Assembly (NCBI GenBank): GCA_003696625.1
Contig: RFGR01000153.1
Span: 519 to 64,518, forward strand
Length of the DNA: 64,000 bases
DNA from: Planctomycetota bacterium
GTDB taxonomy: Bacteria > Planctomycetota > UBA1135
Direction of reading: 5' to 3'
This document shows positions 17,761-25,156 of this stretch, in pieces; positions within the stretch are counted from its first letter, which is position 1; every line of letters starts with the position of its first letter. The notes under the pieces were generated by a model that saw only the letters and a program-made list of their open reading frames with translations, did no database searches and was not told the DNA's origin. A program made the translations under genes and the position numbers.

Positions 17761-18945
17761 TCAGGCGACCCGGCCCTCGCGGCCGCCGGCGGCGCCGCTG
17801 AGCAGGGCCTGCCGCTCGAGCGCCTGAAGAGCGCGGAGGAACTCCTCCGACCGCTCCTGAAGTTCGGCCACCATCCGCTCGATCGCGGCCGGAGCGGTGT
17901 TCTCCTGCTCGGCCGCGGCGAGGAGACGGTCGGCCGCCCGGTGAAGGTTTCGGTGCGGCTCCTCCAAGCCGGCGAAGCCGGGGTCGGAGGCGAAGCCCTG
18001 CTCCTCACCGTAGAACCAACGGCCGAAGCGGCACTCCTGCGGGTCGGTCCCGAACCGGCGGGAGCCGGCGGGCAGACGCCGGTTCCTCACCCCGACGACG
18101 CGGTCGATCACCGCCTTGCGCCACTGGATGTGATCGAGTTCGATCTGGCGCAGGAGGCCGACCGGGAAGTCGCACCAGCGGCGGTCGGCGCCGGCGAACT
18201 CGAGCGCTTCCTCGAACGGAAGCGGCGGCGAGATCCAGTAACCCTGGGCCTCGCTGCAGCCGGCGTGGTGGAGGAAGTGGAACTCCTCCTCGCTCTCCAC
18301 GCCCTGGGCGATCACGGTCAGGTCCAGCTCGTGCGCGGCGCGGATCGCGGCCAGGGCCAACGCCGCGCAGCGGTCGTCCGCGAGCAGGCCGCCGACCACC
18401 CGGCGGTCGATCTTGACGGCGCTGAACGGGAGGCGGTTCAGGGCCTCGAGCGAGGCAGCGCCGGCCCCGAAATCGTCCATGACCAACTGAACTCCGGATC
18501 CGGCCAGCAGCTCGAGATTGGCCTGGAGGGTCAGGGAGCCGTACCGGCAGTCGCTCCCGGCCAGCTCGACCTGGACCTGGTTCGGAAGCAGGAGGCCGCC
18601 GGCCACCCCCTCCAGCACCAGCTCGACCAGCTCCTCGTTCTCCAGGTCGTTCGGGTTGACGTTGAAGGAGACCCGCAGGTCTTCCCGGACGGCGGCGAAA
18701 GCGGCTTGCTCGCGACAGAGGAGCGGGAACATGCGCCGGGCGATCTCGGTGACCAGGCCGCAGGACTCCGCCTGCGGCAGGAAGTCGCCGGGGAGGAGGA
18801 GGGAGCCGTCGGGGCGGCGCCAACGGAGCAGGGCCTCGCAGCCGCTGACCCGACCGGTCAGGAAGGAGACCTTGGGCTGGTGGAAGAACTCGAATTCGCC
18901 CGCGTCGAGGGCGCGGAGAATCTGGGCCGGGCGGATCTCGGACAT
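17761..18945 (-). CDS. Degenerate EAL domain fused to CZB domain (paralogue of 16500..17675)
   Basis: 394 aa; the start at MSEIR has GAAGGG 7 nt upstream. Colinear with its neighbour, but ELTE is ELAG, EGVE is QGVE and DDFGTGYSS is DDFGAGAAS. The CZB signature is complete (DHIQW, CRFGRW, HRNLH). Confidence 0.8.
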   Translation of the reverse strand: MSEIRPAQILRALDAGEFEFFHQPKVSFLTGRVSGCEALLRWRRPDGSLLLPGDFLPQAESCGLVTEIARRMFPLLCREQAAFAAVREDLRVSFNVNPNDLENEELVELVLEGVAGGLLLPNQVQVELAGSDCRYGSLTLQANLELLAGSGVQLVMDDFGAGAASLEALNRLPFSAVKIDRRVVGGLLADDRCAALALAAIRAAHELDLTVIAQGVESEEEFHFLHHAGCSEAQGYWISPPLPFEEALEFAGADRRWCDFPVGLLRQIELDHIQWRKAVIDRVVGVRNRRLPAGSRRFGTDPQECRFGRWFYGEEQGFASDPGFAGLEEPHRNLHRAADRLLAAAEQENTAPAAIERMVAELQERSEEFLRALQALERQALLSGAAGGREGRVA

Positions 18946-19091
18946 GGCTCGACCCTTCATCGGAAGCCGGTCCGTTTCCCTGGACCCTGTTTGCAAGAAG
19001 GGGGGTAACCACCCGGATGACCAGGCCCGCAGCCGGCCCGAGCCGCCGAAACCGGCCGCCCGGCGACCTCCCTCCTACACTGGAGGCCCCG

Positions 19092-19670
19092 ATGAAAAGC
19101 CCGACGCCGCTGCTCCTCGTCCTGCCGGCTCTGCTTGCCGGCTGCTCCGGCACTCCCGCTACGCTCGACGCCGGTCCGCCGCCGCCGGAGGTCGGGAGGC
19201 CGGGCGCCGAACTGCCCCGATTCGTGGACCTGATGAACTTCCGAATCCTCGGCCCCGGCGTCGCCGGCTCCGGCCAACCCTCGGTCGCGGCCTTCCCGGA
19301 ACTGGCGGCCAGGGGCTACTCGGCGGTGATCAACCTCCGGCAGCCGGGCGAGCCGATGCCCCCGGATGAACGCGAGCGGGCCGAGGCCGCCGGCCTCCGC
19401 TACTTTTCGATCCCGATGCGGATCCTCGACTTCGGCATCGAGGAGGCCGGTGCGCTCGAACAGGCGCTGGCCGAGGCCCCGCCCGGTTCGGTCCTGATCC
19501 ACTGCGCCAGCGGCCAGCGGGTGGCGGCCCTGTGGGGGATGTACCGCGGCCTGCGCGAAGGGCTCGAACCCGAGGAGGCGGTCGCCGCCGCCCGCGCGGC
19601 CGGGCTCCACAAGGAGGCGCTGGCCGAGCGGATCCGGATCTCCCTCGGCCGGGCCCTGGCCGGGTCCTGA
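19092..19670 (+). CDS. Exported lipoprotein with Cys-phosphatase-like HCX5R motif (DUF442 / BLH-phosphatase-like)
   Basis: 192 aa. The start at MKSPTPLLLVLPALLAGC (lipobox) has GGAGG 6 nt upstream. Carries the IHCASGQRV motif. Confidence 0.6.
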   Translation: MKSPTPLLLVLPALLAGCSGTPATLDAGPPPPEVGRPGAELPRFVDLMNFRILGPGVAGSGQPSVAAFPELAARGYSAVINLRQPGEPMPPDERERAEAAGLRYFSIPMRILDFGIEEAGALEQALAEAPPGSVLIHCASGQRVAALWGMYRGLREGLEPEEAVAAARAAGLHKEALAERIRISLGRALAGS

Positions 19671-19706
19671 GCCGGGGCGGATAGCCGGCTCCGGTCCTTC
19701 CGCTCC

Positions 19707-20483
19707 TCAGCCGCCGCGCCGGCCGCCGCCGGGCGGCCCGCCGCCGCGACCGCCGCGGTCGAACATGGCCCCCATCGCGCCGAAACGGCCGCTGGTCGAT
19801 TCCTGGAACTTCGCGAGCTGGTCGCTGGTCAGGATCCCGCCCAGGGCGACCGTCAGCTCCTCGTTCGACCGCTCCATGAAGTTCCGCATGGCCTCGCGGT
19901 CGAAGGTGCCCTCCTCGCGCATGGCGCGGAAGAACTCGATCCGCTTCTGCTCGGCCTGATCGAGGATTGTCCGCATGTCGGCCGCCTGGACGTCCGTCAG
20001 GCCGAGTTCCTGCTGCCAGCGCTCCATCTGTCGGTCGAGGCGGGCCTGGCGGCGCTCCTCTTCACGGGCCCGGCGCTCGGCCTCGGCCTGGGCCTCGCGT
20101 TCGTCGAGGATCGCGCTCACGGTCTGGTCCAGGATCGGCTCCAGGGTCTGCGGATCCAGGTCGGGAGCGGTCTCCGACCGGTCGATCCGCCGCCGGCCCG
20201 CGACCTCGGCCCGAAGCAGGGCGATCTGCCGCTCGAGTTCGTCCATCCGACCGGTCAGGGTGGCGAGGCGGGCCGGGTCGGCCTCCGCCGACAGCGGCAG
20301 GGCCGGTTCCGGAAGATCGGCCTCCTCCGACGCCCGCGGCGCGACCGAAGAAGCAACGTCGTAGGAATCCGACTGGCCGGCAGGGCCCGCCGGCGGGGCG
20401 AGGAGGATGGCTCCGGCCCAGCCACCGGCCAGGCCGGCGACCGCGCCCGCGAGCAAGGCGGGGATCCAGTTGCTTCGTTCCAT
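19707..20483 (-). CDS. Membrane-anchored coiled-coil protein with two LTXXQ motifs (Spy/CpxP/ZraP-like) and Gly/Arg-rich tail
   Basis: 258 aa. N-terminal TM helix WIPALLAGAVAGLAGGWAGAILLA. LTDVQ and LTSDQ motifs within a charged helical region. Confidence 0.5.
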   Translation of the reverse strand: MERSNWIPALLAGAVAGLAGGWAGAILLAPPAGPAGQSDSYDVASSVAPRASEEADLPEPALPLSAEADPARLATLTGRMDELERQIALLRAEVAGRRRIDRSETAPDLDPQTLEPILDQTVSAILDEREAQAEAERRAREEERRQARLDRQMERWQQELGLTDVQAADMRTILDQAEQKRIEFFRAMREEGTFDREAMRNFMERSNEELTVALGGILTSDQLAKFQESTSGRFGAMGAMFDRGGRGGGPPGGGRRGG

Positions 20484-20550
20484 GGTGTTTCTCGGGCTAG
20501 CCGAGGGGATCAACCCTACCACAGGGCGCCGGTTCCGGGTTTCTCTCGGC

Positions 20551-22356
20551 TCAGAGGCCGACCAGCCAGGGCAAACCGACGCTGACCAGGACCCAGGCGA
20601 TCAGGCTCAGCGGGATCCCAAGCCGGAGGTAGTCCGAGTACCGGTAGCCGCCGGGGCCGTAGACCATCAGGTTGGTCTGATGGCCGATCGGGGTGGCGAA
20701 GCAGATCGAGCCGCCGAAGGCGATCGCCAGTAGGAAGGCCCGCATCAGCCGGTCCGGGTTCCCGGCGAATCCGGGCTCGGCCGTCATCTGACCAGCCGCC
20801 TCGATCGCGATCGGGGTCAGCAGCACCGCCACCGCGCTGTGCGAGATCACCGCGTTGAAGATCACGCACAGCATGACCAGGCCGGCGATCACGGCCGCCG
20901 GCCCGAACGGGTCGAGCCAGCCGACCAGCCCCTTGGCGAAGAACGCGGCCGCGCCGGTCTTGCCCATGGCCTTGCCCAAGGCCAGAGTGCCGACCACGAA
21001 GAGCAGGATCGGCCAGTCGATCGCCCGGTAGGCGCGGCGGGCCGGCAGGCAGCCGAGGCTGACCATCAGCACCGCCCCGAGCACCGCGGCCATCGGCAGC
21101 GGCACCGCCTTGACTCCGCCCACAGCGGTGAGCAGGAAGAGGCCGACGACCAGGCCGGCCACTCCCAGGGCCCGGCGGGCGTGGTCGCGCAGGACGACGT
21201 GCTCCTGGGCGCCGCGCAGCAGGAAGTAGTCCGAGCTGACCGAGAACTTGGCCTGCGCGGTCTCGTCGCCGCAGACCAGAAGCAGGTCGCCGGGGCGCAG
21301 CTCGAGCAACGACGCCCGCTCGCGGATGTGCTGGCCGTCACGCAGCACGGCGACGATCACGGCGCCGTAGTCGCGCCAGAGGTGCAGATCGCCCAGCCGC
21401 CGCCCGATCTGCGACGAGTGCGGCGCCACCGCGACCTCGAAGAACTCCATCGACTTCGGGTCGAAGCTGATGCCGTTGACCATCTTCAACCCGAGTCGGG
21501 ACTGCAGGTCGGCCAACTGGTCGACCTTGCCGCGCAGCATGACGACGTCGCCCTCGGCGATCGCCTCCTGGTGGAAGGGCGGCCAGTGCATCCGCTCCTC
21601 GCGAACGAAGAACAGCACCTCGACGCCGGCGTCGACGAAGGCTTCGCGATAGGTCTTGCCGACCAGCGGCGAGGTCGGGCCGATGACCAGCTCGGTCACG
21701 TACTCGCGGGCGCCGGCGCCGCCGACCATTGCCGACAGCGAGTGCCGGCGCGGCAGCAGCCGGCGGCTGAACAAGGCCATGAACAGGATCCCGACCAGGG
21801 CCAACGGCACCCCGAGCGGAGTCATCTCAAACATCCGCAGCGGCTCCTGGCCGAGGTTCTCGGCGGCGCCGCTGACGAGCAGGTTGGTCGAAGTACCGAC
21901 CAGGGTGCACATGCCGCCGAGGATCGAGGCAAAGCTGAGCGGGATCATCAACCGCGACGGCGCCACCCCCGTCTTGCGCGATAGACCGAGCAGGACCGGG
22001 ATGAAGACGACCACGACCCCGGTGTTGTTCAGCACCGAGCTGACCACCGCCGCGATCAGTCCGACCATCAGCACCATCCGGCCCTCGGCGCCGCCGCTGG
22101 TGCGCAGCACCATGCGGGCCAGGAACTCGATCGCCCCGGTCCGGTTCAGGCCCTCGCCGATCACGTAGAGGGCGGCGATCGTGATCACCGCGTAGTTGGC
22201 GAAGCCGTGCAGGGCCTCGCTCAGGTCCAGCACCCCGGTCGCGACCAGGGCGACCATCAGCAGCAGGCCGATGGCGTCGAGCGAGGCCTTCTCCAGGACC
22301 AGCAGGACCAGGACCAGGAAGGTCAGCGCGACGACGAGGACCGCGTCGAAGCCCAT
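20551..22356 (-). CDS. SLC13/DASS-family anion permease with central TrkA-C (RCK-C) domains
   Basis: 601 aa. Polytopic halves flank two soluble segments (GKTYREA...VMLRG, IGRRLGDL...LLVCG) typical of TrkA-C inserts. Confidence 0.85.
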   Translation of the reverse strand: MGFDAVLVVALTFLVLVLLVLEKASLDAIGLLLMVALVATGVLDLSEALHGFANYAVITIAALYVIGEGLNRTGAIEFLARMVLRTSGGAEGRMVLMVGLIAAVVSSVLNNTGVVVVFIPVLLGLSRKTGVAPSRLMIPLSFASILGGMCTLVGTSTNLLVSGAAENLGQEPLRMFEMTPLGVPLALVGILFMALFSRRLLPRRHSLSAMVGGAGAREYVTELVIGPTSPLVGKTYREAFVDAGVEVLFFVREERMHWPPFHQEAIAEGDVVMLRGKVDQLADLQSRLGLKMVNGISFDPKSMEFFEVAVAPHSSQIGRRLGDLHLWRDYGAVIVAVLRDGQHIRERASLLELRPGDLLLVCGDETAQAKFSVSSDYFLLRGAQEHVVLRDHARRALGVAGLVVGLFLLTAVGGVKAVPLPMAAVLGAVLMVSLGCLPARRAYRAIDWPILLFVVGTLALGKAMGKTGAAAFFAKGLVGWLDPFGPAAVIAGLVMLCVIFNAVISHSAVAVLLTPIAIEAAGQMTAEPGFAGNPDRLMRAFLLAIAFGGSICFATPIGHQTNLMVYGPGGYRYSDYLRLGIPLSLIAWVLVSVGLPWLVGL

Positions 22357-22363
22357 GGGGGCA

Positions 22364-22369
22364 ATCTTA
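22364..22369 (-). promoter_or_regulatory. Candidate -10 box TAAGAT, 7 nt upstream of SLC13 ATG (leaderless geometry)
   Basis: Minus strand TCC-TAAGAT-TGCCCCC-ATG. Confidence 0.35.
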
Positions 22370-22395
22370 GGAGCCCCGACGCCGCCGGCGCGCCC

Positions 22396-22968
22396 TCAGG
22401 CGGCCTCGTCGAGCAGGGCCGGCCCGGGCAGCGGCTCGGCCGCGGCGCCGATCTGCAGGAGAACCACCGGCGCGGTGCGGGCCAGGATCCAGAGGTCGAG
22501 GAGCAGCCCGCGCGACTCGACGTAAGCCAGGTCCAGTTCCAGCCGACGGCGAGGGGTCAGGTGGCTGCGGCCGCTTACCTGAGCCAAACCGGTCAGCCCC
22601 GGCAGACAGGACTGCCGCCGCCGTCGCCGGCCGGGATCGGCCGGCAGGTCGCGCTCGAGCAGCGGCCGCGGGCCGACCAGGCTCATCTCGCCCCGGAGCA
22701 CGTTCCAGAGCTGCGGCAGCTCGTCGAGGCTGGTCCGGCGGAGGAAGCGGCCGAGCCGACCGACGCGGCCGCCGGACGCGGACAGGGTCCGGAACTTCAG
22801 GATCGTGAACGGCCGACCCGCCAGGCCGCAGCGCCGCTGGCGGAAGAGCACCGGGCCGCCGCCGGCGAGCCGCAAGGCCAGAGCCACGCCGACGAGGAGT
22901 GGCGCGCACAGGACCAGGCCGACGGCCGCCCCGGCCAGGTCGATGCTCCGCTTGGTCAGGTCCCCCAT
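22396..22968 (-). CDS. Small monotopic phosphoglycosyl transferase (bacterial sugar transferase, PglC-like)
   Basis: 190 aa. Re-entrant helix, KFRTL motif, and LDELPQLWNVLRGEMSLVGPRP signature. Confidence 0.85.
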   Translation of the reverse strand: MGDLTKRSIDLAGAAVGLVLCAPLLVGVALALRLAGGGPVLFRQRRCGLAGRPFTILKFRTLSASGGRVGRLGRFLRRTSLDELPQLWNVLRGEMSLVGPRPLLERDLPADPGRRRRRQSCLPGLTGLAQVSGRSHLTPRRRLELDLAYVESRGLLLDLWILARTAPVVLLQIGAAAEPLPGPALLDEAA

Positions 22969-22997
22969 GGATCCAGAATCCCCCGGACGAGGGGAGT

Positions 22998-24005
22998 CTA
23001 GCAGCCTTTGGGACGCCCGGCCGAGCCGGATTCCTCCGCGGCAATCCGGCGCAGGACCGGCTCGATGTCGGCGCTCGGGACGAATCCCAGGATCTCCCGC
23101 GCGGCCCGGACGTCGGCCCGGCTGTGGCGGACATCCCCCGGCCGGAAATCGGCATGCCGCGGTTCCACTTGCGCGCAGTCCACTCCCTCCGCCGCCAGCA
23201 CCCGCCGGATCAAGAGGAACAATTGGTTGAGAGTGGTCGCCTGGCCGCGGGCGACGTTCAAGACCCGACCGGCGGCTTCCGCCGAGGACGCGGCCAGGAG
23301 ATTGGCGGCGACCACGTCCGCCACCGGGCAGAAGTCCCGCGTCGTCTCACCGTCGCCGAAGATGGTCGGTCGCCTCCCTTCGCGCAGCTCCCGGAACCAA
23401 CGCGGCACGACCGCGGCGTAGGGACCGGCCGGATCCTGGCGGGTGCCGACGACGTTGAAGTAGCGCAGGCCGACCGTTTCGAGACCGAAGCACGAGGAAA
23501 ACACGGCCGCGACCTGCTCGGCCAGGGCCTTGCTGGCGCCGTAGGGGGACAGCGGTCGGCCGATCCGGTCCTCGCGCGCCGGCACGGTGATGTCGTCGCC
23601 ATAGACCGCGGAGGAGGAGGCGAACACCACGCGGCGGACCCCGGCTCGGCGGGCGACGTCGAGAATCTGGACGAAGCCGTCGACGTTCACCGACAGGACC
23701 CGGGCCGGCTGGTCCATGCTGAGCGGCACCGAGCTGAGGGCGGCCTGATGGAAGATCACCTCGACTCCAGAGCAGGCCTCGGCGCAGACCGCCGAATCGC
23801 GGACGTCACCCTCGACCAGTCGGAATCGCCGCCAGGCCTCCTCACCGACCGCGGCCCGGACCGCAGCCAGGTTGGAGCGGTGCCCGGTACTGAAATCGTC
23901 CAGACCGATCACCGGGCCGCCGCGCCGCAGCAACTCCTCGACCAGGTGCGAGCCGATGAAGCCGGCGGCACCGGTGACGAGGGCGGGCGACGGCGTGGGC
24001 GGCAC
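22998..24005 (-). CDS. NAD-dependent nucleotide-sugar 4-epimerase (WbpP/extended SDR type)
   Basis: 335 aa. VTGAAGFIGSHL Rossmann motif and SPYGASK (YxxxK) catalytic motif. Confidence 0.85.
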   Translation of the reverse strand: MPPTPSPALVTGAAGFIGSHLVEELLRRGGPVIGLDDFSTGHRSNLAAVRAAVGEEAWRRFRLVEGDVRDSAVCAEACSGVEVIFHQAALSSVPLSMDQPARVLSVNVDGFVQILDVARRAGVRRVVFASSSAVYGDDITVPAREDRIGRPLSPYGASKALAEQVAAVFSSCFGLETVGLRYFNVVGTRQDPAGPYAAVVPRWFRELREGRRPTIFGDGETTRDFCPVADVVAANLLAASSAEAAGRVLNVARGQATTLNQLFLLIRRVLAAEGVDCAQVEPRHADFRPGDVRHSRADVRAAREILGFVPSADIEPVLRRIAAEESGSAGRPKGC

Positions 24006-24014
24006 GGCGGGATT

Positions 24015-25151
24015 CTAGGCCGGTTGAGACCCGGCGGAGGCGGCGGCCAGGGCGCGGTCGTACAGGTCGAGGAAGGCGGCGGCAAGCCGGTCCCGGTCGA
24101 ACTCGGCCTCCGCCCTGCGTCGGGCCTCCCTGCCCATCCGGCTTCGGAGCGACGAATCGGTCAAGAGGCCGCGAAGGGCCTCGACCAGGCCGCCTTGGTC
24201 CCCGGGCGGCACGAGGATGCCGGTCCGGCCGGCCGCCACCGCCTGGCGGCAACCCGGCAGATCCGTGGCGACCACCGGCCGGCCGCAGGCGGCCGCCTCC
24301 TGGAGAACCCGCGGCAAGCCCTCGCCGTACTTCGTCGGCAGGGCGAGGAGGGCGCAGGCGGCGAGGAGTTCTTCCGGGTCGTTCCGGAAGCCGAGCCACT
24401 CCGTCTCACCGGCCTTGGTCCTCTGGGTCAGCCAGGCGCGGTCGAGGCTGGTCGGATTGCCGGGGTCGGGTTCACCGGCCAGGAGCAGGCGGTGCTCGAG
24501 GCCCTGGGCCCGCAGGGTGCCGCTGGCGGCGATCAACTCCGGCACACCCTTGGCGCGCAACATGCGGCCGAGGAACAGCACCACCGGCGGCCCGGGCGGC
24601 TCGGGCCGCGGCCGGAAGCGGGCGAGGTCGACGCCGGCGCCGGGGATGAGCACCGTGCGCTCCGCGACAGCCAGGCCGCGGGAGAGGAAGAGGTCCCGGT
24701 CGGCGGCGTTCTGGAACACGGTCCAGGTGCGCGCGGTGCCGCCACGACGCCAGAGTGTTTCGACCATCCGGCGGAGGAGGGCCGAACCGGCGGTGAAGAC
24801 GTAGCCGGTCCCGGTCAGGACCCGGACCACGACCGGCACACCGGCCCGACGGGCGGCGATGCCGCCGAGGGCGCCGACCCGGAGTGAGCTGAGCTGGACC
24901 AGGTCGGGTCGGCGGTCGCGGAGCAGATCCGTCATCGCGCCGAGGGCCCGGAGCGCGGCGGCCGGGCGTCGAGTCTTGCGCAAGGGCAACGGGTGGCAAC
25001 GCAGCCCGGACCGCCGGATCCGCCCGACGTGTTCGTCGGCTCCGACCGCCACCTCCACCTCGTGGCCGCAGGCGGCGGCGGCGGCGGCGACGTGCTGTTG
25101 GTGGTTGGCGAAATGCCACCCGTCCACCGCCAAGAAGAGGAGGCGGGCCAA
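24015..25151 (-). CDS. Glycosyltransferase family 4
   Basis: C-terminal 378 aa of track ORF 24015..27245, with an EX7E-type region (GEGLPRVLQEAAACGRPVVATD). No ATG is available. TTG at 25151 (giving M-ARLLFLAVDGWHF) lies 5 nt after the upstream stop. The start is uncertain within about 10 nt. Confidence 0.75.
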   Translation of the reverse strand: MARLLFLAVDGWHFANHQQHVAAAAAACGHEVEVAVGADEHVGRIRRSGLRCHPLPLRKTRRPAAALRALGAMTDLLRDRRPDLVQLSSLRVGALGGIAARRAGVPVVVRVLTGTGYVFTAGSALLRRMVETLWRRGGTARTWTVFQNAADRDLFLSRGLAVAERTVLIPGAGVDLARFRPRPEPPGPPVVLFLGRMLRAKGVPELIAASGTLRAQGLEHRLLLAGEPDPGNPTSLDRAWLTQRTKAGETEWLGFRNDPEELLAACALLALPTKYGEGLPRVLQEAAACGRPVVATDLPGCRQAVAAGRTGILVPPGDQGGLVEALRGLLTDSSLRSRMGREARRRAEAEFDRDRLAAAFLDLYDRALAAASAGSQPA

Positions 25152-25156
25152 GCCCC

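Noticed and set aside
19092-19670. The HCX5R protein as the missing Wzb phosphatase for Wzc
   Set aside because: It has a lipoprotein signal peptide, so it is exported, whereas the Wzc kinase domain is cytoplasmic. The gene is also about 11 kb from wzc, separated from the polysaccharide locus by unrelated genes (the LTXXQ protein and the SLC13 permease).
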